Shown piece by piece: positions 26,492 through 35,789 of a stretch of DNA of 64,000 nt. The translations under genes and the position numbers were made by a program. Within the stretch, counting starts at the first letter, position 1. Each line of letters begins with the position of its first letter. The DNA is from Limisphaerales bacterium (lineage in GTDB: Bacteria; Patescibacteriota; Microgenomatia; UBA1400; PJMF01): positions 10,671 through 74,670 of the forward strand of contig JBILGT010000003.1 in assembly GCA_044350895.1 (NCBI GenBank), given 5' to 3'. The notes under the pieces are model-generated. The model worked only from the letters and a program-made list of their open reading frames with translations, had not been told where the DNA came from and did not search any database.

Positions 26492-29400
26492 ATGGCAAAA
26501 CCAGAAACTCCAGTAACTCAAGAATCACAAAATTTACCTACTATTGATCAATCAGTAAAAACTTTGTTGGATCAAAACGTAGCTGCCAGTAGAGAATATA
26601 AGCGATCTCAAGGTAAAGAAATCTCTACTGAAGCACTAGCCCGCACACGCGCGGCAGTCAATATTTTATTGATTGAAGCAGCTGAAACTTTTGGGGAAGT
26701 ACCACCTGAACAACAACAGCAGATTATAAAAAATATCTTTGATACCGTCATACTGCATTTTAGAACCAGAACTCCTGTCCACTTTGAGTTGGAAGCAAAT
26801 GAGTCTAACTGGCAACAGATGCAGCAAGCAACTGTAGATGTGATAAATGGTTGGCTGCAAAACTTTGTAGATAACGTATCCCAACTCCAGGGCATGGATA
26901 AACAGTTAATTCTCACATACCTCAACTCTGCAAGCGCAGTCTTTCGGGTAAATCTCGCAGAACTCCTCAGACTTGGAAATAGACTGCAGCTTGAGGGCGG
27001 TGCAGCTGCTCAACCACTTCGCGAAGAAGAGCAGGCCGAGCAAATGCAACCAGTACCCTTTGTTGAAACTGAAAAAAACCAAGAAATACAGAGAGTGAAA
27101 ATCGAAGATTCACATCCTTTTTATAAAGGTGGCGTTCTTTGGCTCAGTATTAATAATTTGCACTATGTGCCATATGCTGATTTTATTGCAGCTCTCACCA
27201 ATGCCTCAGCTGCTCAAACTAACATGCCAACGCTGTGGGTCGAGTTACCTGATACAGTGCCGCAGGCAGCCAAATGTGCCTTTGGCGTAGATGAAGATCT
27301 TTTTTTGGAACTGATGATGATTTCGTATGCTGACGAAGTAAAATCGATTACTGAAGCGAACGAGACAACTGTCATAATCAATGGCAAGAAAGTGCAGTGG
27401 GATGCTGTAATTTCTGGGATTGGCTCAGCAGATTTGGATGAAGATCTCGTTAAATTAAGCATCCCCATTGATGAACCAGGCAACAAAAATTACCTCATCG
27501 TTCGTCTGACTCCGCAAACAATGCGTCAGTTACTGTTATTACGAAACAAAACACTGCCAACAGGCTGGGGATCCTCAACTGAACCAAGAACTTATACTCT
27601 ACCAACTACAGTTGGAACACCTGGAGTCCCGAATCTAGATGCTTTTGCACCCCTTCCTCAAGTAAATGAACAAACTCCACCTCCAGCGCCAGTTAGGCCT
27701 GAGCCTGCCACACAGCCAGTTCGTCCCGTCGCAGCTCCAGCACAACCTGCCCGAGTAGCACCAACGCCTGCTACTCCAGCACCTACCAAAGTTGATGGTG
27801 CCAAATCGCCTGCAACACCTGTTCCAAATCGAGCAGAACCTGCCCGACCTGCTGCAGTTACTCAAAATATAAAAACTGAAGTAGTTCAACCCGTAGTACA
27901 AACACAAGAACCAAGACAAACTGCTGAAAGAACACAGCAAGAACAATTACCAGTAACTAAAATAGAATTTTTACCTGATGGTAAAACGGTTCGATTAAAC
28001 GATGATCCTAGCCAAACTTTTGGTATTAATTATTTGAATCAAAGAACTAATGTCCGTGAATTATTCGATCAACAGGTTCTAACGGTACCCGTTGAGAAAC
28101 GTGGACAACAAGGTGCTATATTCTTATTGGTCGTTACTTATCCTGTGTGGCGTGAGTTTAAAGACGAAGTGCGAAGAAGAGCAACAGAAAGTGGTGCTCA
28201 AAGTAAAGAAAAACAACAAGTTCCAATAATAAATATTCCCCGAATCGAAATACCATGGAGTAAAAATGCAAAACAAATTGCTCTTTTTACAGAACAAAAT
28301 AATCCTCTTCCGTTTTCAACTGAGGCTTTAATTGGGTGTGTGTTTACTCCAGACGCTTCTGATCCAAACCAAGGATTTGTTGAACTTATACCAAATGCAA
28401 TTAACAACTTCCCACAACATGAACGACTCAGAATAGTGCGTAGTGAGTGGGAAAGAATTGATGCAATCATTCCTCAACCATTAATTGTTGAGGAAAAACA
28501 AGTGCGTATGGATGACACCTATGTGACACTTAATGCTATTCGTTTTAGAAGAATTCGTCTGACGGAAGCCGAACGTGATCCATTGGTGAGAAATAGAATA
28601 GAAATAACTGTTCGTTCAGATCAAAACCCTAAGCCATTTAGAATTGAAATATCGCAACGTACTTGGATGAAAATCGTAGAGCCATTTATGACTCCAACGG
28701 ATACTGCAAAAACTCAAGAAGCTCCACCAATAATTAATCGAATTGGTGCTCATGAATTTATCGGAAGGCGTCCGTACATGGAGGATAGAACTCTTGTTGA
28801 GTCTGATGTTTTAAATAATGGGGATGTATTGGTGGGAGTGTTTGATGGTCATGGAGGAAGCAAAGTAGCTGAAATAGCTCAACGGCAATTTGCTTCTGAA
28901 ATGAAGAAAATTTCCGCAACAAACCCAAAGAATATACAAGAACTATTGCGACTTTCATTCTTAGAAGTTAACAAAATAATTGCTCAAGATAAAAAACTCA
29001 ATAATACAGGTGCTACAGCGGCAGTATTGTATAGAACTAATGGTACGCTCTATAGCGCAAACTTAGGAGACTCACGTACTGTTATGGATGGTGGTAACAA
29101 TATGGCTATAAGAATCTCAAAAGATCATAAAGCCGATGATCCTGCAGAAATTGCACGTATCGAAGCAGCAGGTGGATTTGTTGAGCTAGCTATCCCAGGA
29201 GCAGATGTAGCCAGAGTAATGGGCAGTTTAGCTATTGCAAGAGCGTTAGGAGATCTAGCATTTGGTAAGTTCATTAGTGCAGAAGCATATGTTGCTGCAG
29301 TAAAACTGGAAACAAAAAATTCGGTTGCAGTTACTGCCTGTGATGGTATATGGGATGTGATTACTGATGATGAGGCTATTGCAACAATTACTGATTTGAA

Positions 29401-29506
29401 GAGAAAGGGTAAATCTGAAAAGGAAGCAGCTCAAAAATTAGTACAAATGGCATATGATCGTGGAAGTGGTGACAATCTTACGGCTGTTGTTGTTTATCTG
29501 AATTAA
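26492..29506 (+). CDS. Large multidomain protein with C-terminal PP2C-family (PPM) Ser/Thr phosphatase domain
   Basis: 1004 aa. The C-terminal ~260 aa carry PP2C motifs: RPYMEDR, VFDGHGGSKVA, TGATAAV, LGDSRTV, ARALGD, GSGDNLTAVVV. The N-terminal ~740 aa are unrecognised and include a Pro-rich linker. Confidence 0.8.
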   Translation: MAKPETPVTQESQNLPTIDQSVKTLLDQNVAASREYKRSQGKEISTEALARTRAAVNILLIEAAETFGEVPPEQQQQIIKNIFDTVILHFRTRTPVHFELEANESNWQQMQQATVDVINGWLQNFVDNVSQLQGMDKQLILTYLNSASAVFRVNLAELLRLGNRLQLEGGAAAQPLREEEQAEQMQPVPFVETEKNQEIQRVKIEDSHPFYKGGVLWLSINNLHYVPYADFIAALTNASAAQTNMPTLWVELPDTVPQAAKCAFGVDEDLFLELMMISYADEVKSITEANETTVIINGKKVQWDAVISGIGSADLDEDLVKLSIPIDEPGNKNYLIVRLTPQTMRQLLLLRNKTLPTGWGSSTEPRTYTLPTTVGTPGVPNLDAFAPLPQVNEQTPPPAPVRPEPATQPVRPVAAPAQPARVAPTPATPAPTKVDGAKSPATPVPNRAEPARPAAVTQNIKTEVVQPVVQTQEPRQTAERTQQEQLPVTKIEFLPDGKTVRLNDDPSQTFGINYLNQRTNVRELFDQQVLTVPVEKRGQQGAIFLLVVTYPVWREFKDEVRRRATESGAQSKEKQQVPIINIPRIEIPWSKNAKQIALFTEQNNPLPFSTEALIGCVFTPDASDPNQGFVELIPNAINNFPQHERLRIVRSEWERIDAIIPQPLIVEEKQVRMDDTYVTLNAIRFRRIRLTEAERDPLVRNRIEITVRSDQNPKPFRIEISQRTWMKIVEPFMTPTDTAKTQEAPPIINRIGAHEFIGRRPYMEDRTLVESDVLNNGDVLVGVFDGHGGSKVAEIAQRQFASEMKKISATNPKNIQELLRLSFLEVNKIIAQDKKLNNTGATAAVLYRTNGTLYSANLGDSRTVMDGGNNMAIRISKDHKADDPAEIARIEAAGGFVELAIPGADVARVMGSLAIARALGDLAFGKFISAEAYVAAVKLETKNSVAVTACDGIWDVITDDEAIATITDLKRKGKSEKEAAQKLVQMAYDRGSGDNLTAVVVYLN

Positions 29507-29508
29507 GA

Positions 29509-30576
29509 TTAAAGTCTCAATCTTGGCACTCGCTCAATTTTTTCAATCTCTGTACCAGTTATTCCAGTTTTAAACCCCGCCACAACCCCAATCATTGCTG
29601 CATTATCTGCACAGAGTTTTTTTGTATATGGGACACGAAGTCGGAGCGTTGGTTGTTTCTGAGTCTTTGCGATATTTTTAAGTGTTTCGCGTATCATTCG
29701 CCGTAACTCTTTATTGGCTGCGACTCCACCGCCAAGCCATACCTCTTTCACATCATGTTTTTCTAAAACTTTGTTCAATTTATAGCAAATATGTTTAAAT
29801 ACCCCTTGTTGAGCGCTGGCACACAAATCAAAGATTTGGGTTTTGGTGAGTGTATTTTCTGCTTGCAGTTTTTCGACTAAGTTTCGGGCGAATGTTTTCA
29901 TTCCTGAAAAACTGATGTCAAAAGTTTTGACAGTTGTAAGAGGCAGTGGAAATGGAAATGCCTCTTTGTTTCCGAGTTTTGCAAATTCTTCGATGATGGG
30001 CCCGGCTGGGTAACCGAGGTTCAGCATTCTGCCAATTTTATCCAGACACTCACCAGCTGCATCATCCAAGGTGGCACCCAGGATTTGATACTCTCCAATC
30101 GCTGTGACGAGGACAAACTCTGTATGTCCACCAGAAACAATGATCGAAAGAACTGGAAGTTTTTGTTCTTTGTTTTTTGATGCCGAATCATTTTTTACGG
30201 CAGGATGTGCTAACACAGAAAGTACATGACCTTCAATATGATTGACTGGGATAAGTGGTTTGTTGAGTTCTGTTGCAAGCTCTTTGGCAGCAGTAATGCC
30301 TACTTCAAGTGCCGGTGCGAGTCCGGGTCCGACAGTTACAGCTACGGCATCCAGTTGCGTTCTGGAGATTCGAGCGCGCTTGAGTGCAACTGCAATTGTA
30401 GGTTGAATATTTTCTCGATGTGCCAATTTTGCCACCGTTGGAAATACACCACCATATGGTTTATGGAGTTCAGTTTGAGAAGCAATGACATTGGAAAGAA
30501 TTGTTGTCCCACAGGTGATTGCCACACTCGTGTCATCACAGGATGTATCAATCGCTAAAATTATTGGGGCACTCAT
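29509..30576 (-). CDS. tsaD: tRNA N6-adenosine threonylcarbamoyltransferase TsaD (Kae1/Gcp family)
   Basis: 355 aa. MSAPIILAIDTSCDDTSVAI...; metal site PLIPVNHIEGHVLS; overall TsaD colinearity. Confidence 0.9.
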   Translation of the reverse strand: MSAPIILAIDTSCDDTSVAITCGTTILSNVIASQTELHKPYGGVFPTVAKLAHRENIQPTIAVALKRARISRTQLDAVAVTVGPGLAPALEVGITAAKELATELNKPLIPVNHIEGHVLSVLAHPAVKNDSASKNKEQKLPVLSIIVSGGHTEFVLVTAIGEYQILGATLDDAAGECLDKIGRMLNLGYPAGPIIEEFAKLGNKEAFPFPLPLTTVKTFDISFSGMKTFARNLVEKLQAENTLTKTQIFDLCASAQQGVFKHICYKLNKVLEKHDVKEVWLGGGVAANKELRRMIRETLKNIAKTQKQPTLRLRVPYTKKLCADNAAMIGVVAGFKTGITGTEIEKIERVPRLRL

Positions 30577-31688
30577 ATATTTTCTTGAATTGCTAGAATT
30601 CGTGCCCGTTCGTTTTTGTCAGGGCTTACTGGTTCTTCCATAAGTGACACTGTCATACACGGAATGTGCTTTTGAGATAGAGTGGGAAGAAAATATTGTG
30701 CAACTTGACTCCACCATTCAATCACCATGATTGTATTAGGTTTGAGTAACGTTTCTAGTTCAAGACGTTCAAATACTTCTGGTGAATCTACTTTCCACAT
30801 GTCGAGGTGATAGAGCGTTCCTTCGGTACTGTGTCGTTTGAAATCATATTCTTCAATATAGGTATACGTGGGTGAAGCAATATTTTCTGTGATCTGCAAA
30901 AACTCAGCAACACCTTTTGTAAAAACAGTTTTCCCCGCACCGAGTGGTCCATCCAACCCAATCACTATCCCAGTTTTGCCAACGTCATCCCAATGCTTGA
31001 GTAGTAGTCGTCCAGCAATACTTTTGGTTTCTACTTCACTTTGGGTAGTGAGATGGTGTGTTGTTGTGGAAGCTTCAGCAATGGTTATGTCCCCAGCACG
31101 CAGCGTCACTGGAGTAGAGAGTGTCGTATCAATAACAGTGGAAGGTGGATTGGGCGGCAGTGTTCCTGCATCAAGCACCAAATCAATAAGGCTTTTTTGT
31201 TTATCTGAAATATTGTCAAAAATGTCTTGAATGGCATATGGACGTTTCTGACCCGAGCCGTTAGCAGAAGTGGCAGTAATTGGTTTGCCGTATGCACGCA
31301 GTAGCTCAAGTAATGGCTCATAGGCAGGGATGCGTACACCTACAGTCCCGAATTCTGAAGCAACTCCCGGAGCAACAGTATCTTTGCTTTTGGAAACGAC
31401 AGTTACAGGGCCAGGCAGAAATTGTTTATACAACGTCCGGGCTTGTTCATTGAGTTCTACATACTTTTCTGCCATTTCTTCAGAAGTGACAGCAATAGAA
31501 AGTGGTTTACCTTCACGTCGCGATTTGTACGCAAGAAGTTTTTCAACTGCAGCAGGATTGGTAGCATCAACACCAGCCCCATAGGTTGTCTCAGTAGGAA
31601 AAATTACTAAACCACCTTTTTCAAGAACAGAAATGGTAGCAACAATCAATTTTTGTATTGGTGTATCGGATAGTCGTAGAATTTCCAT
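30573..31688 (-). CDS. Fusion protein: threonylcarbamoyl-AMP synthase (TsaC/YrdC domain) + TsaE (P-loop, YjeE family)
   Basis: N-terminal half has the YrdC signature LVIFPTETTYGAGVDATNPAAVEKLLAYKSRREGKPLSI. C-terminal half has TsaE motifs GLDGPLGAGKTVFTKG, IASPTYTYIEEYDF, LYHLDMWKV and IMVIEWW. Confidence 0.8.
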   Translation of the reverse strand: MEILRLSDTPIQKLIVATISVLEKGGLVIFPTETTYGAGVDATNPAAVEKLLAYKSRREGKPLSIAVTSEEMAEKYVELNEQARTLYKQFLPGPVTVVSKSKDTVAPGVASEFGTVGVRIPAYEPLLELLRAYGKPITATSANGSGQKRPYAIQDIFDNISDKQKSLIDLVLDAGTLPPNPPSTVIDTTLSTPVTLRAGDITIAEASTTTHHLTTQSEVETKSIAGRLLLKHWDDVGKTGIVIGLDGPLGAGKTVFTKGVAEFLQITENIASPTYTYIEEYDFKRHSTEGTLYHLDMWKVDSPEVFERLELETLLKPNTIMVIEWWSQVAQYFLPTLSQKHIPCMTVSLMEEPVSPDKNERARILAIQENI

Positions 31689-32097
31689 GATTCGGTATTA
31701 TACCCTGTACAGTTCTCTTACGCACTTTAAAAAAAATCTATGGTATATAATAAGACGAGATATGGAAGAAAACTCTCTCAAGTTTATATCCAGCGCACCC
31801 ACAAGCTCTGTTAAGTTCACCTTGTATCTGAAAACTCACGAGCTGCGAGAAATTGCCAAAGTTCTTGAGAATGTCATTCTATTGCCTGAAGCAGAGCGAA
31901 GAGCCTGGGCAAAAGAGCACGGTGAAATTATCAACAAGGCAATTGACTCATTCGTTCAAGAATCCAATGCCACGCTTTCTGAGCTGACATTTGATGATGA
32001 GACACTTGCACTATCAAAAGATTTAATTATTTCATTACGAGATACTGTGGATATGATCCACGGCATCTTATTTGAAGGTCCAAAATTATCAAGTTAA
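31633..32097 (+). CDS. Hypothetical protein (start uncertain, possibly MEENSL at ~31765)
   Basis: 154-aa ORF. It overlaps the divergent tsaC-tsaE start, so the annotated N-terminus is probably too long. No domain recognised. Confidence 0.35.
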   Translation: MVATINFCIGVSDSRRISMIRYYTLYSSLTHFKKNLWYIIRRDMEENSLKFISSAPTSSVKFTLYLKTHELREIAKVLENVILLPEAERRAWAKEHGEIINKAIDSFVQESNATLSELTFDDETLALSKDLIISLRDTVDMIHGILFEGPKLSS

Positions 32098-32108
32098 CAT
32101 AGCCCAAC

Positions 32109-32882
32109 ATGTTTCACTACTTTACGGTTTTTATCTATCAGCCATTTTTTAATCTGCTCGTTTTTTTCTACTGGGCACTCGATTTTATCACTCGAGGTAA
32201 TGGTGATATGGGTATTGCTGTTATTTTATTAACAATCGTCATTCGAGTAATCTTATATCCTTTATCAGTTGCTCAAGATAAGTCAGAAAATGATCGTAAA
32301 AATATTTCCGATAAGATACGCCAAATTGAAGTTGAACACAGAACAGATCCAATAGCATTTGATGCCGCTAAAAAACAAGTTTTGCATACTAATAAAGGTG
32401 TACTAATCGCAGAAATTATTAATCTCACAATCCAAGTAATTGTAGCTCTCATGCTTTGGAGAATTTTTAGTAAAGGCTTGAGTGGAGAAGACGTTCATTT
32501 GCTCTATGGATTTATGCCAAATGTTGAACAGCCGTTCAATTTAGTTTTCCTCGGTAAATATGATTTAACACATCCTAGTCTTCAACTTAATTTGATTCAA
32601 ACAGGACTCATCTTTATCCTCGAGACAATTATGATGTTGGGCGCAACATCACCTGTATCAAAGCAACAGTTTGTACGTCTGCAGTTCCTACTGCCAATCG
32701 TTTCTTTCTTTATATTTTTAGGACTTCCAGCAGGCAAAAAATTATTTGTTATTACTACATTAATTATCAGTATTATTTTGAGTTCAATTAGAACTGTGCA
32801 ACGTCGGTTTGCTGCATACAAGGAAAAAGTCGAAGCACAGGAAGCAAAAAAGGACGAACAGCTAGTCGTTGATATCAAGTAA
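32109..32882 (+). CDS. yidC: Membrane protein insertase YidC/Oxa1 family (short form)
   Basis: 257 aa. GIAVILLTIVIRVILYPLSVAQ followed by charged loops and further TM helices matches the YidC core. Confidence 0.7.
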   Translation: MFHYFTVFIYQPFFNLLVFFYWALDFITRGNGDMGIAVILLTIVIRVILYPLSVAQDKSENDRKNISDKIRQIEVEHRTDPIAFDAAKKQVLHTNKGVLIAEIINLTIQVIVALMLWRIFSKGLSGEDVHLLYGFMPNVEQPFNLVFLGKYDLTHPSLQLNLIQTGLIFILETIMMLGATSPVSKQQFVRLQFLLPIVSFFIFLGLPAGKKLFVITTLIISIILSSIRTVQRRFAAYKEKVEAQEAKKDEQLVVDIK

Positions 32883-32945
32883 TGGACGGCTCACTTACTT
32901 TTTTACTCACTCTGGGGTACAATAATACTTGCTTTTGGAACGTAT

Positions 32946-33590
32946 ATGGAATTTGATAAACTAGTTGTTTCGTTTCTAGTTGATGAGGTCGTGGGTGGCT
33001 TCTTTATTTCCGTGCCACCTGGTCACGTCGCTTGTGTCTATGATCGTGGTCGAGGTGTTCTTAATAAAGTCTGGGGACCTGGACTACATTTCAAAATCCC
33101 TTTCTGGCAAGTTGCCAAACTTTTTAATGCGCAAATTCTTGAATATTCTATCCGTGATGGTTTTGATAATTCTCAAAACAAAGAAGCACTTGGTGATGAG
33201 CCAATTATGACAACCACACATGATGGTGAGGATATTGAAGTTGAAGCATCCATTCTTTTTAGAATTGATAAAGCAAATGCTCCTGAAATGTGGGAAAACT
33301 TAGGCGAAAACATGGTTTCCAAGGTTGTTCGTCCTATTTCTCGTAGTCGTATTGCGAGTGTCTTTGCAGACCTCACACTTGACCAAATCAAACAAAACCG
33401 CAGCAAAGTTGAAGCACTTGTTCAAGAAGAAATGAACCAATATTTTGCCAATCGTGGTCTTAATTGTGAAGGCTTTTTGTTATCCACTATCAGACGTCAA
33501 AGAGATGGTGCAACTGAACTCGTCGTTGAACATCCACCGGTTGCTGAGACGTATTCAATTCCAGTAATGCCACCACACGCATCCTCATAA
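32946..33590 (+). CDS. SPFH/Band 7 domain protein
   Basis: 214 aa. ..PPGHVACVYDRGRGVLNKVWGPGLHFKIPFWQVAK... and the downstream pattern are typical of the SPFH (stomatin/prohibitin/HflKC) domain. Confidence 0.65.
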   Translation: MEFDKLVVSFLVDEVVGGFFISVPPGHVACVYDRGRGVLNKVWGPGLHFKIPFWQVAKLFNAQILEYSIRDGFDNSQNKEALGDEPIMTTTHDGEDIEVEASILFRIDKANAPEMWENLGENMVSKVVRPISRSRIASVFADLTLDQIKQNRSKVEALVQEEMNQYFANRGLNCEGFLLSTIRRQRDGATELVVEHPPVAETYSIPVMPPHASS

Positions 33591-33603
33591 CTGCAACTTA
33601 ATC

Positions 33604-33632
33604 TTGACAGGCAGCAAGCACTCTTCTACACT
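33604..33632 (+). promoter_or_regulatory. Sigma70-like promoter TTGACA-17-TACACT upstream of groES
   Basis: -35 at 33604-33609, -10 at 33627-33632. No convincing CIRCE element here. Confidence 0.4.
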
Positions 33633-33709
33633 ATCTGCTGATAGCAGTTAATATATTTGACTGCTAAATACAATTACACATACATTTTTACCAAAATAAA
33701 AGGAGTTCT

Positions 33710-34015
33710 ATGTTTCAATCTTTTCCTGTATCAAAAGTACAGCCATTACCAGGTTATGTCTTGGTAGAACCAGCACAACAACAGAAACAAACAGCTTCTG
33801 GTATCTATCTTCCAGATTCTGACAATGAAAAACCACAACATGGCACAGTTCTTGCTTGCGGAGACGCAGTCATGGATGATGGTGCAAAAGTCGAGTGCCC
33901 AGTCAAAAAAGGCGCACAAGTTATCTACAAAAAATGGGGTGGTAACGAATTTAAGATTTCAGATGTTGAATATCAATTCTTAAAGTTTGAAGATTTATTA
34001 GCAGTAGTCAAATAA
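33710..34015 (+). CDS. groES: Co-chaperonin GroES
   Basis: 101 aa. PLPGYVLVEPAQQQKQTASGIYLPDS...VLACGD. Confidence 0.9.
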   Translation: MFQSFPVSKVQPLPGYVLVEPAQQQKQTASGIYLPDSDNEKPQHGTVLACGDAVMDDGAKVECPVKKGAQVIYKKWGGNEFKISDVEYQFLKFEDLLAVVK

Positions 34016-34056
34016 TTACATAAAAAAATTAGTACAAAGTTCTTTGAAAGGAAAAT

Positions 34057-35676
34057 ATGGCAGCTAAACAATTAGCATTTAGTGATGACGCACGACAAAA
34101 GATGCTTGCAGGTATCAACAAACTTGCAGCAGCAGTAACAACCACACTTGGTCCAAAGGGACGCAATGTGGCAATCGATAAGGCATGGGGTTCCCCAACA
34201 GTCTTACATGACGGTGTCAGTGTCGCAAAAGAAATTACATTAGAAGATAAGTTTGAAAATATGGGTGCTCAGCTTGTTAAAGAAGCAGCCAACAAAACCA
34301 ACGATGCAGCTGGAGACGGTACAACTACCGCAACACTACTTGCACAACAAATTGCTAATAAAGGTATGAAGTATGTCACTGCAGGAGTCAATCCAATGCT
34401 CATGAAGCGTGGTATGGATAAAGCAGTTGAAGCAGTTGTGGCAGAAATCCGCCGCCTTGCCAAACCAGTCAAAGAATCTGATTGGGAAAAGGTAGCAACA
34501 ATTTCAGCACAGAACGAAGTTATTGGTAAAAAAGTGGCTGAAGCGCTCAAACTCGTCGGTAAAGACGGTGTCTTGGAAGTTGAAGAAGGTAAAACCATGG
34601 ACATTACCATCGACCACAAAAAAGGAATGGTTTTGGACAAAGGCTACGCCTCTCCATACTTCGTCACCAATTCTGATGCTATGGAATCTGAAATCAAGAA
34701 TCCATATATCTTAGTAACTGATCAAAAAATCTCTACCATTCAAGATCTGTTACCACTTCTTGAGGGGTTCATGAAGATCAGTAAAGATCTTGTTATCATC
34801 GCTGATGATATTGATGGTGAAGCACTGACCACACTCGTAGTTAACAAACTGCGTGGTGCATTCAATGTTTTAGCTGTCAAAGCTCCAGGCTTTGGTGATC
34901 GCAAAAAAGAGATGCTCCAAGATATTGCTATTTTGACAGGTGCCAACCTCGTTTCAAATGAAACAGGTCGCACACTCAAAGAAGCATCCGTGGAGGACTT
35001 AGGACGTGCTGATATGGTTCGTTCTACCAAAGATGAGACAGTTATAGTGGGTGGCAAAGGTAGCCAAGCTGACATTGATGGCCGCATTGCACAAATTGAG
35101 GCACAAGAAGACAAAGTCACTTCAGACTTTGATCGCGAAAAATTGACTGAGCGCCGCGCCAAATTAACTGGTGGTGTCGCAGTCATTCAAGTTGGTGCAG
35201 CCAGTGAAATGGAGATGAAGAACCTCCAAGAGCGCGTCAAAGATGCTAAAGAAGCATTAAAGGCAGCAATTGATGAAGGTATCATCCCAGGCGGCGGTGT
35301 CACATACATCCAAGGTGGCAAGGTTTTAGATACTGTTACTACAGTGGGCTATGACGAAGAAGTCGGTGTGAAGCTCATCAAGGAAATCCTTGAACAGCCA
35401 CTCCGTATGCTTGCTCGTAACTCTGGTGTCGATGAAGGTGAAGTTGTCTACCAAATCAAACAAAAAAATGAACCAACATTTGGTTTTGATGTGATCACCA
35501 ATACCTATGGTGACATGATTAAAGCTGGTGTGATTGAGCCTGCTAAGGTTGCTACTTCAGCACTCAGAAACGCTGCATCCGTCGGTTCAATGATCTTAAC
35601 CACAGATTGTTTGATCACTGATGCTCCAGAGGACAAAAAGGCAATGCCATCCCCTGATATGGGCGGCATGATGTAG
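34057..35676 (+). CDS. groEL: Chaperonin GroEL
   Basis: 539 aa. AAKQLAFSDDARQKML...GPKGRNV...DGTTTATLLAQ, with a C-terminal GGMM tail. Confidence 0.97.
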   Translation: MAAKQLAFSDDARQKMLAGINKLAAAVTTTLGPKGRNVAIDKAWGSPTVLHDGVSVAKEITLEDKFENMGAQLVKEAANKTNDAAGDGTTTATLLAQQIANKGMKYVTAGVNPMLMKRGMDKAVEAVVAEIRRLAKPVKESDWEKVATISAQNEVIGKKVAEALKLVGKDGVLEVEEGKTMDITIDHKKGMVLDKGYASPYFVTNSDAMESEIKNPYILVTDQKISTIQDLLPLLEGFMKISKDLVIIADDIDGEALTTLVVNKLRGAFNVLAVKAPGFGDRKKEMLQDIAILTGANLVSNETGRTLKEASVEDLGRADMVRSTKDETVIVGGKGSQADIDGRIAQIEAQEDKVTSDFDREKLTERRAKLTGGVAVIQVGAASEMEMKNLQERVKDAKEALKAAIDEGIIPGGGVTYIQGGKVLDTVTTVGYDEEVGVKLIKEILEQPLRMLARNSGVDEGEVVYQIKQKNEPTFGFDVITNTYGDMIKAGVIEPAKVATSALRNAASVGSMILTTDCLITDAPEDKKAMPSPDMGGMM

Positions 35677-35700
35677 TCTCTGCAATAGATTGTAATTAAG

Positions 35701-35729
35701 AAAAGGCTCCCCGTTGGGGAGCCTTTTTG
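35701..35729 (+). terminator. Rho-independent terminator after groEL
   Basis: AAAAGGCTCCCC-GTTG-GGGGAGCC-TTTTT: an 8-bp GC-rich stem, 4-nt loop and T-tract. Confidence 0.8.
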
Positions 35730-35789
35730 CTTTCTAAAGCTGAATAAATAGGCTTTACGAAGTACCTACTTTTTTGATACAGTACACTC

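Noticed and set aside
33591-33709. CIRCE operator at groES
   Set aside because: Only AGCACTC resembles the left half. The right half (GAGTGCTAA) is absent, leaving a plain promoter.
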